A program made the position numbers and the translations under genes. This document shows, in pieces, positions 27,861 to 36,045 of a stretch of 64,000 nucleotides of DNA. The DNA comes from an uncultured cyanobacterium (GTDB lineage: Bacteria > Cyanobacteriota > Cyanobacteriia > Cyanobacteriales > CAWCAG01): positions 1,312,001 through 1,376,000 of the forward strand of contig CAWDOD010000002.1 in NCBI GenBank assembly GCA_963803805.1, given 5' to 3'. Every line of letters starts with the position of its first letter. Within the stretch, counting starts at the first letter, position 1. Below the pieces are notes generated by a model. That model saw only the letters and a program-made list of their open reading frames with translations. It was not told the DNA's origin and ran no database searches.

Positions 27861-29015
27861 ATGCCAGAAAAACCAACAACCTATCCTCAAAATCCTTACT
27901 TCTCATCAGGGCCTTGTGCTAAACGTCCCGGCTGGTCATTAGATGCCTTAAAAGATGCTGCTGTGGGGCGTTCCCATCGTTCAGCTTTAGGAAAAACCAA
28001 GCTTGCTGAAGCCATTGAATTATCTAAAGAAATCTTACAACTTCCCCAGGATTATAAACTAGGTATTGTCCCTGCTTCTGATACAGGGGCATTTGAAATG
28101 GCTATGTGGACGATGTTGGGGGAACGAGGAGTTGATGTTGTTGCCTGGGAAAGTTTTGGTAAAGGTTGGGTAACTGATATTGTTAAGCAGTTGAACTTAG
28201 AAGATGTCAACACCTTTACAGCAGATTATGGCGAAATTCCCAATCTTTCAGAGGTAAACACAGATAGAGATGTTATCTTCACCTGGAATGGTACAACTTC
28301 CGGCGTTAAAGTTCCCCATAGTGATTGGATTAAGGATAACCGTCAGGGGTTAACCCTTTGCGATGCTACCTCTGGGGTTTTTGCCATGGAAATTCCTTGG
28401 CAGAAAATTGATGTCCTTACCTATTCCTGGCAGAAAGTTATGGGTGGGGAAGCAGCACACGGCGTTATTATTTTATCTCCCCGTGCCGTAGCTAGATTAG
28501 AAAGTTATACCCCAAAATGGCCCTTACCGAAGATTTTCCGTCTCACCAAAGGGGGTAAATTAATTGAAGGGATTTTCCAAGGTTCCACCATCAACACCCC
28601 TTCAATGCTATGTGTTGAAGATGCCTTAGATGGTTTGAAATGGGCTAAATCTTTAGGGGGTTTACCGGCCTTAATTAAGCGTTCCCAACAAAATCTGCAA
28701 ATATTTGAGGATTGGGTGGCAAAAACAGATTGGATTGATTTTTTAGTAACAGATCCCTCCCTGCGTTCCAACACTTCGATTTGTTTTCGCATTGTTGATG
28801 AAGGCTATAAATCCCTATCCCCCGTAGAACAAGCAGCTAAAGCCAAAGAATTAGTCTCTCTGTTAGCTAAAGAAGGAGTCGCTTACGATTTGGGTTCCTA
28901 CCGCGACGCACCTCCAGGGCTACGTATTTGGGGTGGCGCCACCGTAGAAAATGAAGATGTTCAAATTTTAACTCATTGGTTAGATTGGGGTTTTGAGGAG
29001 GTAATGGCTAATTGA
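27861..29015 (+). CDS. serC: Phosphoserine aminotransferase (Methanosarcina/alphaproteobacterial type)
   Basis: [59 protein letters not shown]. Confidence 0.88.
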   Translation: MPEKPTTYPQNPYFSSGPCAKRPGWSLDALKDAAVGRSHRSALGKTKLAEAIELSKEILQLPQDYKLGIVPASDTGAFEMAMWTMLGERGVDVVAWESFGKGWVTDIVKQLNLEDVNTFTADYGEIPNLSEVNTDRDVIFTWNGTTSGVKVPHSDWIKDNRQGLTLCDATSGVFAMEIPWQKIDVLTYSWQKVMGGEAAHGVIILSPRAVARLESYTPKWPLPKIFRLTKGGKLIEGIFQGSTINTPSMLCVEDALDGLKWAKSLGGLPALIKRSQQNLQIFEDWVAKTDWIDFLVTDPSLRSNTSICFRIVDEGYKSLSPVEQAAKAKELVSLLAKEGVAYDLGSYRDAPPGLRIWGGATVENEDVQILTHWLDWGFEEVMAN

Positions 29016-29060
29016 TAATTGCTAAACTTGAACTAGCAATACCAAAACCGGTATAGGATA

Positions 29061-30008
29061 ATGCCGAACACCCATATTCGCTTTGATTGGGCAATTAAAA
29101 AACTACTACGAAACAAAGCTAACTATGTAGTCTTAGAAGGATTTCTAAGCGAATTATTACACCAAGAACTTACTATTAAAACTCTCCTCGAAAGTGAAGG
29201 CAATCAACAGACAGAAGAAGATAAAAGCAATCGGGTAGACATTCTTGCTGAAACTGGAGAAGGGGAGTTAATTCTGGTGGAGGTGCAAAACAACTCTCAA
29301 CTGGATTACTTCCATCGGATGCTTTACGGGGCTTCAAGGTTAGTTGTGGAATATTTGGAAAAAGGAGAAGAGTACGGCAAGATTAAGAAAATTTACTCTG
29401 TGAATATAGTCTACTTTAACCTTGGGGTCGGGGATGATTATATTTATCATCATCGTGGTAACTTTGTGGGGGTGAATAGAGGAGATATTCTTCAACCTTT
29501 AAAAAGCCAAGAAGTAAAATTTCATATAGAAGCAGTAGCAGATATTTTCCCCGAATATTATCTGTTGAAAGTAAACAACTTCGATGATGTAGCCAAGAAT
29601 AGCTTAGATGAATGGATCTACTTCCTCAAAAATAGCAACATCAAAGAAGAATTTGCTGCCAAGGGAATGCTACAAGCCAAAGAAACTCTGCGAGTAAATA
29701 ATTTATCAGAACGAGAAAGGGTGGCATATTCCCGTTATATGGAAAATAAAAGTTATGAAGCGAGTATGTTGAGTACCCAGGAGTTTGAAACCCAGTGGGA
29801 AATTCAACAAGCAGAAATAAGGGCAAGAGAGGAAGGGCTTGAACAAGGTATCGAACAAGGTATCGAACAAGGTATCGAACAAGGTAAACAGGAGGGAAAA
29901 CTAGAAGAAAAAATGACCATTGCCCGTTCTTGTAAAGAACAAGGCTTAGATGTGGAGACTATTATGAAAATAACTCAACTCTCCATTGAAGAGATTGAAT
30001 CCTTGTGA
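29061..30008 (+). CDS. Rpn family recombination-promoting nuclease / PD-(D/E)XK putative transposase
   Basis: RFDWAIKKLL, NRVDIL..., EVQ, C-terminal (EQGI)n repeats and IAR..K.QGLD..TI.KITQLS.EEI tail. Confidence 0.9.
   Translation: MPNTHIRFDWAIKKLLRNKANYVVLEGFLSELLHQELTIKTLLESEGNQQTEEDKSNRVDILAETGEGELILVEVQNNSQLDYFHRMLYGASRLVVEYLEKGEEYGKIKKIYSVNIVYFNLGVGDDYIYHHRGNFVGVNRGDILQPLKSQEVKFHIEAVADIFPEYYLLKVNNFDDVAKNSLDEWIYFLKNSNIKEEFAAKGMLQAKETLRVNNLSERERVAYSRYMENKSYEASMLSTQEFETQWEIQQAEIRAREEGLEQGIEQGIEQGIEQGKQEGKLEEKMTIARSCKEQGLDVETIMKITQLSIEEIESL
29841..29886 (+). repeat. 12-bp coding tandem repeat GAACAAGGTATC (3 full copies plus a 10-nt partial)
   Basis: Perfect repeats encoding EQGI in the Rpn C-terminus. 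Confidence 0.95.
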
Positions 30009-30015
30009 AGTAATT

Positions 30016-31230
30016 ATGAAAATTCTCCTCATTTGTTCTACTTTTCCCTATCCTCCTACTCGTGGGGGAACTCAGGGTAGAACTTTTAACTTACTTAAAT
30101 ACTTAACTCCAAATCATCAACTTACCCTAATTACCCAACGTTCTAACGACGTTACCGAAGAAGAAATTGCTGGGTTAAAAGAGTGGGTAGAAGAGTTAGT
30201 AGTTTTTCCTGCCCCGACAAATATAGGAACAGGCATCTGGGCTAAAGTTTGGCGCTTTGCCCAGTTTTTACAACAGGGAACCCCTCCCAATGTTCTGCAC
30301 CTGTACTCATCGGAAATTCAGCATTGGATTGATGAAGCTGTTGCTGCTGGTAAGTTTGAGGCTATCACCTGTGAACATAGCGTCAATGAGGTCTACGTGC
30401 GCCCTCAATGGCGAGAAAACCTGCGTACTGTGGTGAATGTTCATAGTTCCCTTTATCGTACCTGCAAGAACCAATTAGAAACGGCAACCTCAGATAATGA
30501 ACTTCGGGATCGACTTTTTCTACCCTTACTAAAACGCTATGAACAAAGGGTTTGTCGCAAGTTTTCCCACGTGGTAGTTACTACTGATGAAGATCAACAG
30601 CAAATGCGCCTCTTTGCCCCCCAGGCAGAGGTAACAGTGGTTCCCAACGGAGTTGATTTAGATACCTTTCCCTACCGAACAAAAGATCCAGGAGGGCATC
30701 ACTTAGTATTTGTGGGGGGGTTAGATTATTTTGTGAATATTGATGCTGCTTGCTTCTTTGCTCAAGAGATCCTACCACTCTTGCAAAAAAAGTATCCAGA
30801 TACAACTCTAACCTTAGTCGGTTCTAAACCTGCGGCTGAAGTAAGAGCTTTACAAGCAGAAAATGCTGCCATTACTGTCACCGGGCGTGTCCCTTCCATT
30901 GCCGAATACCTCCACCAGGCTACCATCTCTATTGTTCCTTTACGTACCGGGTTCGGCATGAAGATTAAAACCCTAGAGTCTATGGCTTCAGGTGCGCCAA
31001 TTGTGGGTAGCGATCGCGGTTTAGAAGGATTAGAAGTAGATACTCCCAACGTACTTCTACGGGCGTTACGGGCTAATACTGTAGAGGAATATCTCCAAGC
31101 TATCACCCGTCTCTTTGAAAATCCTCAACTCAGGGCAGAATTGTCAAGTAACGGGCGATCGCTCATCGAACAAGAATATACTTGGTCAAGTGCTGCTCAC
31201 AGTTACGAGAAAATTATTACTGGGCAGTAA
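30016..31230 (+). CDS. Glycosyltransferase family 4
   Basis: FPYPPTRGG, VPNGVD, GMKIKTLESMASG. Confidence 0.9.
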   Translation: MKILLICSTFPYPPTRGGTQGRTFNLLKYLTPNHQLTLITQRSNDVTEEEIAGLKEWVEELVVFPAPTNIGTGIWAKVWRFAQFLQQGTPPNVLHLYSSEIQHWIDEAVAAGKFEAITCEHSVNEVYVRPQWRENLRTVVNVHSSLYRTCKNQLETATSDNELRDRLFLPLLKRYEQRVCRKFSHVVVTTDEDQQQMRLFAPQAEVTVVPNGVDLDTFPYRTKDPGGHHLVFVGGLDYFVNIDAACFFAQEILPLLQKKYPDTTLTLVGSKPAAEVRALQAENAAITVTGRVPSIAEYLHQATISIVPLRTGFGMKIKTLESMASGAPIVGSDRGLEGLEVDTPNVLLRALRANTVEEYLQAITRLFENPQLRAELSSNGRSLIEQEYTWSSAAHSYEKIITGQ

Positions 31231-31273
31231 TAGCAGCAAATGAGTTGCGATTTACCTATAAAATCCAGTGTAC

Positions 31274-32002
31274 TCAAGTGTTTGGTTGAGCGTAGCAAAC
31301 CTCATTAATAGCCCAACTCCAGTTTAAACACAACTCGATCTTCAGATCAGAAAACTCATCACATATCGGTTTTTTCGCATTTCCACTTCTCTCACAGTAG
31401 TCATTGCTATTTGAAGTGAAGAAAATGATTTTCTCTGTAAATCCTTGGTTTCTGAGTAATGACGATATTTTGAGACAATGCTCATAAATAATGCAGTCCT
31501 GAATTGCTCCTTTTGTTGATGGGGGTATATTATTCACTACACGTTCATTTGCTTTCAAAACCAACTCATCGTGTTGCTTCACATGGATACCTAATGACAA
31601 AAGTTCACGACAAACTTTCTCTAAAACCAATTCAGTTTTTGATGAGAGGGAGTCTGGGATTGGTAGTTTCTCTAGACCAGATGAATGTAGAGAGATTAAT
31701 ACTTCCATTCGCGAAATGGTATCTTTTATATGGTGTGACAACTCATTCTTGGTCTTGGGGAAATTATCCTCAAACTCTTTTTGAATAAGGGGGAGAATTA
31801 CAATTTTCAGCTTTTTTTCTTTAGTTAACCGGATTGCACTTTCGGCTGAATCTAAATATGCTCTTGCTGTTGTTGGTTTCTTTTGACGAAAAGGCAGCCG
31901 AATTAAATCTAGCAATACACAAGTGTCTACAAATAGAATTGGCGTTGGCTTATTGATAATTTCATCTACAGCATCACCGATTTCTAACTGATTGATGCTC
32001 AT
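31274..32002 (-). CDS. PIN-domain protein (DUF4935/PIN_12-like)
   Basis: LFVDTCVLLD, QKEFEDN, IQDCIIYE, FFTSNSNDY acidic active-site pattern. Confidence 0.75.
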   Translation of the reverse strand: MSINQLEIGDAVDEIINKPTPILFVDTCVLLDLIRLPFRQKKPTTARAYLDSAESAIRLTKEKKLKIVILPLIQKEFEDNFPKTKNELSHHIKDTISRMEVLISLHSSGLEKLPIPDSLSSKTELVLEKVCRELLSLGIHVKQHDELVLKANERVVNNIPPSTKGAIQDCIIYEHCLKISSLLRNQGFTEKIIFFTSNSNDYCERSGNAKKPICDEFSDLKIELCLNWSWAINEVCYAQPNT

Positions 32003-32645
32003 TTTGGTAATTTTTAGAGTAGGTTAGCAATGAAAGTCCTTGCTCATATTCAATAGCTAGCTGAAATGCCATGTCTTCATGCCAACCTTCTTCTTCAACC
32101 AACCACCTTTTAAGCCGACTAGAATCAAGACTTTCGTTATGCCGCAGCGCCGAGACGATAAAAGCAAACCATCTCTCTTGGTCACAAGGGTGGGAAGTCC
32201 CTGTCGATTTATTAGCTGTCCTTGAAAAACTTTTTAACTTTCTATAAGTCTCTTCAGACACCCAGTCTTCCATACTCTGGTTATCTGAGGTTGTCTCGAC
32301 TGGAACAGAATATTTACTGCATAGTGGCTGAAGAAAGTTATTATAGAACTCCATCAATATGACATTGTATTGATCTTTCGATAACTTTCCCCTTTCTCTA
32401 GGGACAATGTTTGATATATAAACGATTTCAGGGTTTTTTCTGGCAAAAGCAATTAAGGCCGGCTCTAGAACTTCTGTTCTACCACATGAGAAATAATAAA
32501 ATTTGACCTTAGATTCTCTGGCTGACTTTTGTTCAAGAGAGATTTCTCTACGCCAGTTTCCCTGTAGAATTTGCTCTAATTCACTAAAAAAATCATCTGC
32601 TTTTTCTTCTGGCAAATGTAGATATAGCTCTCGAAAAACTTTCAT
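31974..32645 (-). CDS. Hypothetical protein overlapping the PIN gene
   Basis: 223-aa ORF, globular composition, motif-like ISNIVP and ANKSTGTSHPCDQERW; 29-nt overlap with the PIN gene. Confidence 0.8.
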   Translation of the reverse strand: MKVFRELYLHLPEEKADDFFSELEQILQGNWRREISLEQKSARESKVKFYYFSCGRTEVLEPALIAFARKNPEIVYISNIVPRERGKLSKDQYNVILMEFYNNFLQPLCSKYSVPVETTSDNQSMEDWVSEETYRKLKSFSRTANKSTGTSHPCDQERWFAFIVSALRHNESLDSSRLKRWLVEEEGWHEDMAFQLAIEYEQGLSLLTYSKNYQNEHQSVRNR

Positions 32646-32717
32646 GATACCTAATATTCCTACTCATTATGGTAGTTTTTGCAGCTCCGGTTTTTTAATA
32701 GCATTAATCAAAAAATA

Positions 32718-33596
32718 TCATTTTCCTGGAGAGAAAAAGAGTACCGGGAACCAACTACGACGCAATACTTCATTAGCAAAACTGGGGGTCGTCCACTCAA
32801 ACAAATTGTTTTTGGTAACAGAACCAATAGCAATAGAAGTAATATCAAAATCTACCGCAGCATCAAGAATTTCGATGAGAGGATTTCCTTGACGAACCTC
32901 TGTATTCACTTGCAAATTCAACTCTTCTAATTCCGCTTTCACTTCTTCTAACTTCTTAGTCGCTTCCTTGAGCTTATATTCTACAGGAACTCCTCGACGA
33001 CCTGCATCATCTACTACCCAACACAACATAATTTTTTCTAGAGAGTTTTCCGGGCGATTCTTGGCAATTTCTTTAATGCGCTCTAAGATGTATTGCGCTG
33101 AATCACTGTTGTTGTAAGGTATCAATAAGTAGCGATAAAGATGCTCACAACGCAAAGCTAATTCTTCATTGGTATAAGTTGAAACGAGTTGGGGGCGAAG
33201 AATTGTTAAAGGGGTGGAAGTTAACTTCCCTAAACCCACTGTTGTACTGCCAAAAATCTTCTCTTGTAAAAGACTGCGAATTGAATTCCCCGTCAGAATA
33301 ACCTCGCTGCTGTAGGTTTCTAAAATCTTAGGAATATTGTCTAAGGGACTTCCAGAAAGAACTTCTGTGACAACTTCCACTCCTGGGGGAACTTCTGCTA
33401 ATTCCTGGGTAAAACGAGCTTTTGCTTCCTCTATTTTCTCTTTATCTACCCTGGGAACTTCACAATCTTCTTTAATAGGAACGCAATGGAGAAAAACTAT
33501 TTGTTTGATGCCACCGCTAGCCAGATTGGGTACAAATTTCAACAAGCGATACAAACCATCAGAAAAGTCTGTGCAGATCAAGCAACGCTGAAACAT
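32718..33596 (-). CDS. Tandem-domain universal stress protein
   Basis: CLICTDFS, IFGSTT, GNPL.EIL, C-terminal FPVLF. Confidence 0.85.
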   Translation of the reverse strand: MFQRCLICTDFSDGLYRLLKFVPNLASGGIKQIVFLHCVPIKEDCEVPRVDKEKIEEAKARFTQELAEVPPGVEVVTEVLSGSPLDNIPKILETYSSEVILTGNSIRSLLQEKIFGSTTVGLGKLTSTPLTILRPQLVSTYTNEELALRCEHLYRYLLIPYNNSDSAQYILERIKEIAKNRPENSLEKIMLCWVVDDAGRRGVPVEYKLKEATKKLEEVKAELEELNLQVNTEVRQGNPLIEILDAAVDFDITSIAIGSVTKNNLFEWTTPSFANEVLRRSWFPVLFFSPGK

Positions 33597-33742
33597 ATTG
33601 AGTTAGAGAATATTAGGGCATCAGGGAAAAAAGTTGAATGGCTCATAATTTTAATCACTAAACGAGATATCCACCCTTATTTCTACCTTCTCTATTAACG
33701 ATAACATCTCTTATCTTACTTTTAACTTTTGCCTTGTAAAAA

Positions 33743-33830
33743 GGTGAACGCCCCAGCATCCCCAGCTCGTTTCGTCTCTGTTTCGCCGAACCTAGCAAGA
33801 GATGGAGGTCGCCTCCGTTTCTGCTATTTT
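33743..33830 (+). ncRNA. Candidate structured sRNA or nblA 3' element (strand uncertain)
   Basis: GC-rich island with duplicated CCCCAGC and GTTTCG motifs, and a hairpin 33793-33826 followed by TTTT on +. Confidence 0.4.
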
Positions 33831-33842
33831 GACTTGTTAAGG

Positions 33843-34031
33843 CTAGGGTGCCGATTCAAGCCCCCAGTCGTGCTTGAGAAAATCTTTGTACATATTCTCA
33901 CGCACCATCATTTGCCCATAAAGTTCGATTAAGAACTTCTGAGCTTGTTCGCGGCTCATCTTTTGTACCTGAGTTTCAAAAGAACGCATACTGAACTTTT
34001 GTTCTAAAGATAGTCCCGTTGGTTGAGACAT
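33843..34031 (-). CDS. nblA: Phycobilisome degradation protein
   Basis: LSLEQKF.MRSFETQVQKMSREQAQKFLIELY.QM. Confidence 0.95.
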   Translation of the reverse strand: MSQPTGLSLEQKFSMRSFETQVQKMSREQAQKFLIELYGQMMVRENMYKDFLKHDWGLESAP

Positions 34032-34145
34032 AATCATTAACTCCAAACTACAACTTATCGAGAGAAATAAAGATTAACTTTGCTCTCACTCTTCTATTAT
34101 GATAAGAAAAATAACAAGTGTTTGACAAATAGGCTACTTTATTGG

Positions 34146-34223
34146 CTAAGATTCTTCTTCAAATCTGCCAGAAGAGTAAATTATTGCTTCAACTTCAACA
34201 AGATCAATTTTCATGGGGAACAT
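34146..34223 (-). CDS. Putative small ORF upstream of nblA (25 aa; alternative starts 34247 and 34214)
   Basis: MFPMKIDLVEVEAIIYSSGRFEEES; three in-frame ATGs; co-directional with nblA. Confidence 0.35.
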   Translation of the reverse strand: MFPMKIDLVEVEAIIYSSGRFEEES

Positions 34224-34676
34224 CTGAGGTTTATTTGTTTGCACCATGGGAGAAGGGAACGCACCTGTGTTATTTTAATCAAGGGTTTGAGAGGAAATTT
34301 GCTCAATACAAACAAAGTCTTGAGTAAATCTACTCATAAAAAGCAAATTTACTATTTTCTACACCTAGATCAAGCTAGCTTCAAAGTCTAGACCATGGTA
34401 ATTTTAAGATAGTGTAAACATTCTGTAATAATTACTAATAGGAATGAAAATCCTATATTTGAAATGCCCACAAAGGCTGTAGAGCATCCAAAGTCTGTTA
34501 TATGAATTAAAAGCCCATCTTGAGCGCACTAACTAATATTGCGAATATTGCCAAGTTTAATTGGGGACAGAACAACTTCAAGGGGAAAAGAGTGCAAAAA
34601 TTTACCCTTTATTTATTGGAACCTAATTGTTTGCCATACAAGTTTTTTACTAAATTCAATCTGGAGGTAATTCTCA

Positions 34677-35114
34677 ATGACGATTCGTATCTATGTAGGT
34701 AATTTGCCAAAAGACAGCATAGACCGTCAAGAACTGCAAGATATGTTTGCAGAAGTAGATTCGGTATCTACTAAAGTGATTAAAGACCGCAAAACTGGCA
34801 AATGTCGAGGCTTTGCTTTTGTTACTGTACCAACGGACGAAATAGCCGATGAATTTATTGCCAAATTCAATGGTAAGTCTTTCAAAGATACTCCTTTAAA
34901 AATTGAAAAGGCTTTGCCTAAATCTAAAGAGAAGGAGGAGAAAGAAGAATCTAGTACTAGTGAAAATAATTCTCCCTCACCCCGTAAAGGTAGTAGCAAA
35001 AAATCTCGTCGTGGCAATTATAGTAATGCTAGTAAAGACGCAGCACAGCCAGATCCTCGCTGGGCTGACGAATTAGCGAAACTAAAAGAGATGCTGGCTA
35101 CCCAAGCTAAGTAA
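34677..35114 (+). CDS. RRM RNA-binding protein (Rbp3-like long C-terminus)
   Basis: RNP2 IYVGNL, RNP1 RGFAFV, QPDPRWADEL tail; GGAGG SD. Confidence 0.9.
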   Translation: MTIRIYVGNLPKDSIDRQELQDMFAEVDSVSTKVIKDRKTGKCRGFAFVTVPTDEIADEFIAKFNGKSFKDTPLKIEKALPKSKEKEEKEESSTSENNSPSPRKGSSKKSRRGNYSNASKDAAQPDPRWADELAKLKEMLATQAK

Positions 35115-35177
35115 ATCTTAAACCCTAGAGGTGCATCAGTTTGGAGCGAGAATATCAATAGCAAGCAGAATCAACGG

Positions 35178-35225
35178 GCAGAAAAGATAGTCAAAGGGAA
35201 ATTCTTACTATCTTTTCTGCTTTAT
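35178..35225 (+). terminator. Intrinsic terminator after the RRM gene
   Basis: 14-bp perfect inverted repeat GCAGAAAAGATAGT / ACTATCTTTTCTGC, then T-rich run. Confidence 0.65.
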
Positions 35226-35303
35226 TTATTTGATAACCGTTAACAGTATCACCTCCAAAACTGATAAATTTCCAATGTTCAATAAAATAAGGAGTTTTTA
35301 GGA

Positions 35304-36011
35304 ATGAAAGATGCAGATCCTGTTAAGGTCATGAAACAGGAAGTAGGCAAAGCAGCAGCAGCTTTAGTAGAATCAGATTCAATTGTCGGGTTGGGAACTG
35401 GTTCGACTACCGCCTTCGCCATTGAGTATTTGGGAGAACGTCTTAAATCTGGAGAAATTAAAAATATTGTTGGTGTTCCCACCTCTTTTCAAGCAGAAGT
35501 TTTGGCCAAAAAATACGGTATACCTCTTACAAGTTTAGATGCTATAGATCATATTGATATTGCTATTGATGGGGCAGATGAAGTTGATCCTCAAAAGAAT
35601 TTAATTAAAGGTGGTGGTGCGGCACATACCCGCGAAAAAGTGGTCGATTCTTTAGCAAATAAATTTGTTGTTGTTGTTGATAGTGGTAAATTGGTGGAGA
35701 AGTTGGGTTCAACTTTCTTACTTCCGGTAGAAGTAATTCCTATGGCTATCACCCCAGCAATGCGGGCTATTGAGAAGTTAGGGGGCAAACCAGAGTTACG
35801 TATGGGAGTTAAAAAAGCTGGACCTGTGGTAACAGACCAAGGAAACTTAGTCCTTGATGTTAAATTCGACTCAATTCCTGACCCAGCAGCTTTAGAAAAG
35901 ACAATTAATAATATTCCTGGGGTTCTGGAAAATGGCTTATTCGTGGGGGTTACCGATATGGTTTTGGTGGGAGAAATTGTTGATAATAAACCTCTAGTTA
36001 AAGAGATGTGA
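35304..36011 (+). CDS. rpiA: Ribose-5-phosphate isomerase A
   Basis: [31 protein letters not shown]. Confidence 0.97.
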   Translation: MKDADPVKVMKQEVGKAAAALVESDSIVGLGTGSTTAFAIEYLGERLKSGEIKNIVGVPTSFQAEVLAKKYGIPLTSLDAIDHIDIAIDGADEVDPQKNLIKGGGAAHTREKVVDSLANKFVVVVDSGKLVEKLGSTFLLPVEVIPMAITPAMRAIEKLGGKPELRMGVKKAGPVVTDQGNLVLDVKFDSIPDPAALEKTINNIPGVLENGLFVGVTDMVLVGEIVDNKPLVKEM

Positions 36012-36045
36012 GTTCGAAATAAACTTCCGCAAGAGCTAAACTGAA

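Noticed and set aside
34080-34391. 103-aa and 61-aa + strand ORFs upstream of nblA
   Set aside because: TTG starts, no SD, non-protein-like composition, in a probable promoter region.
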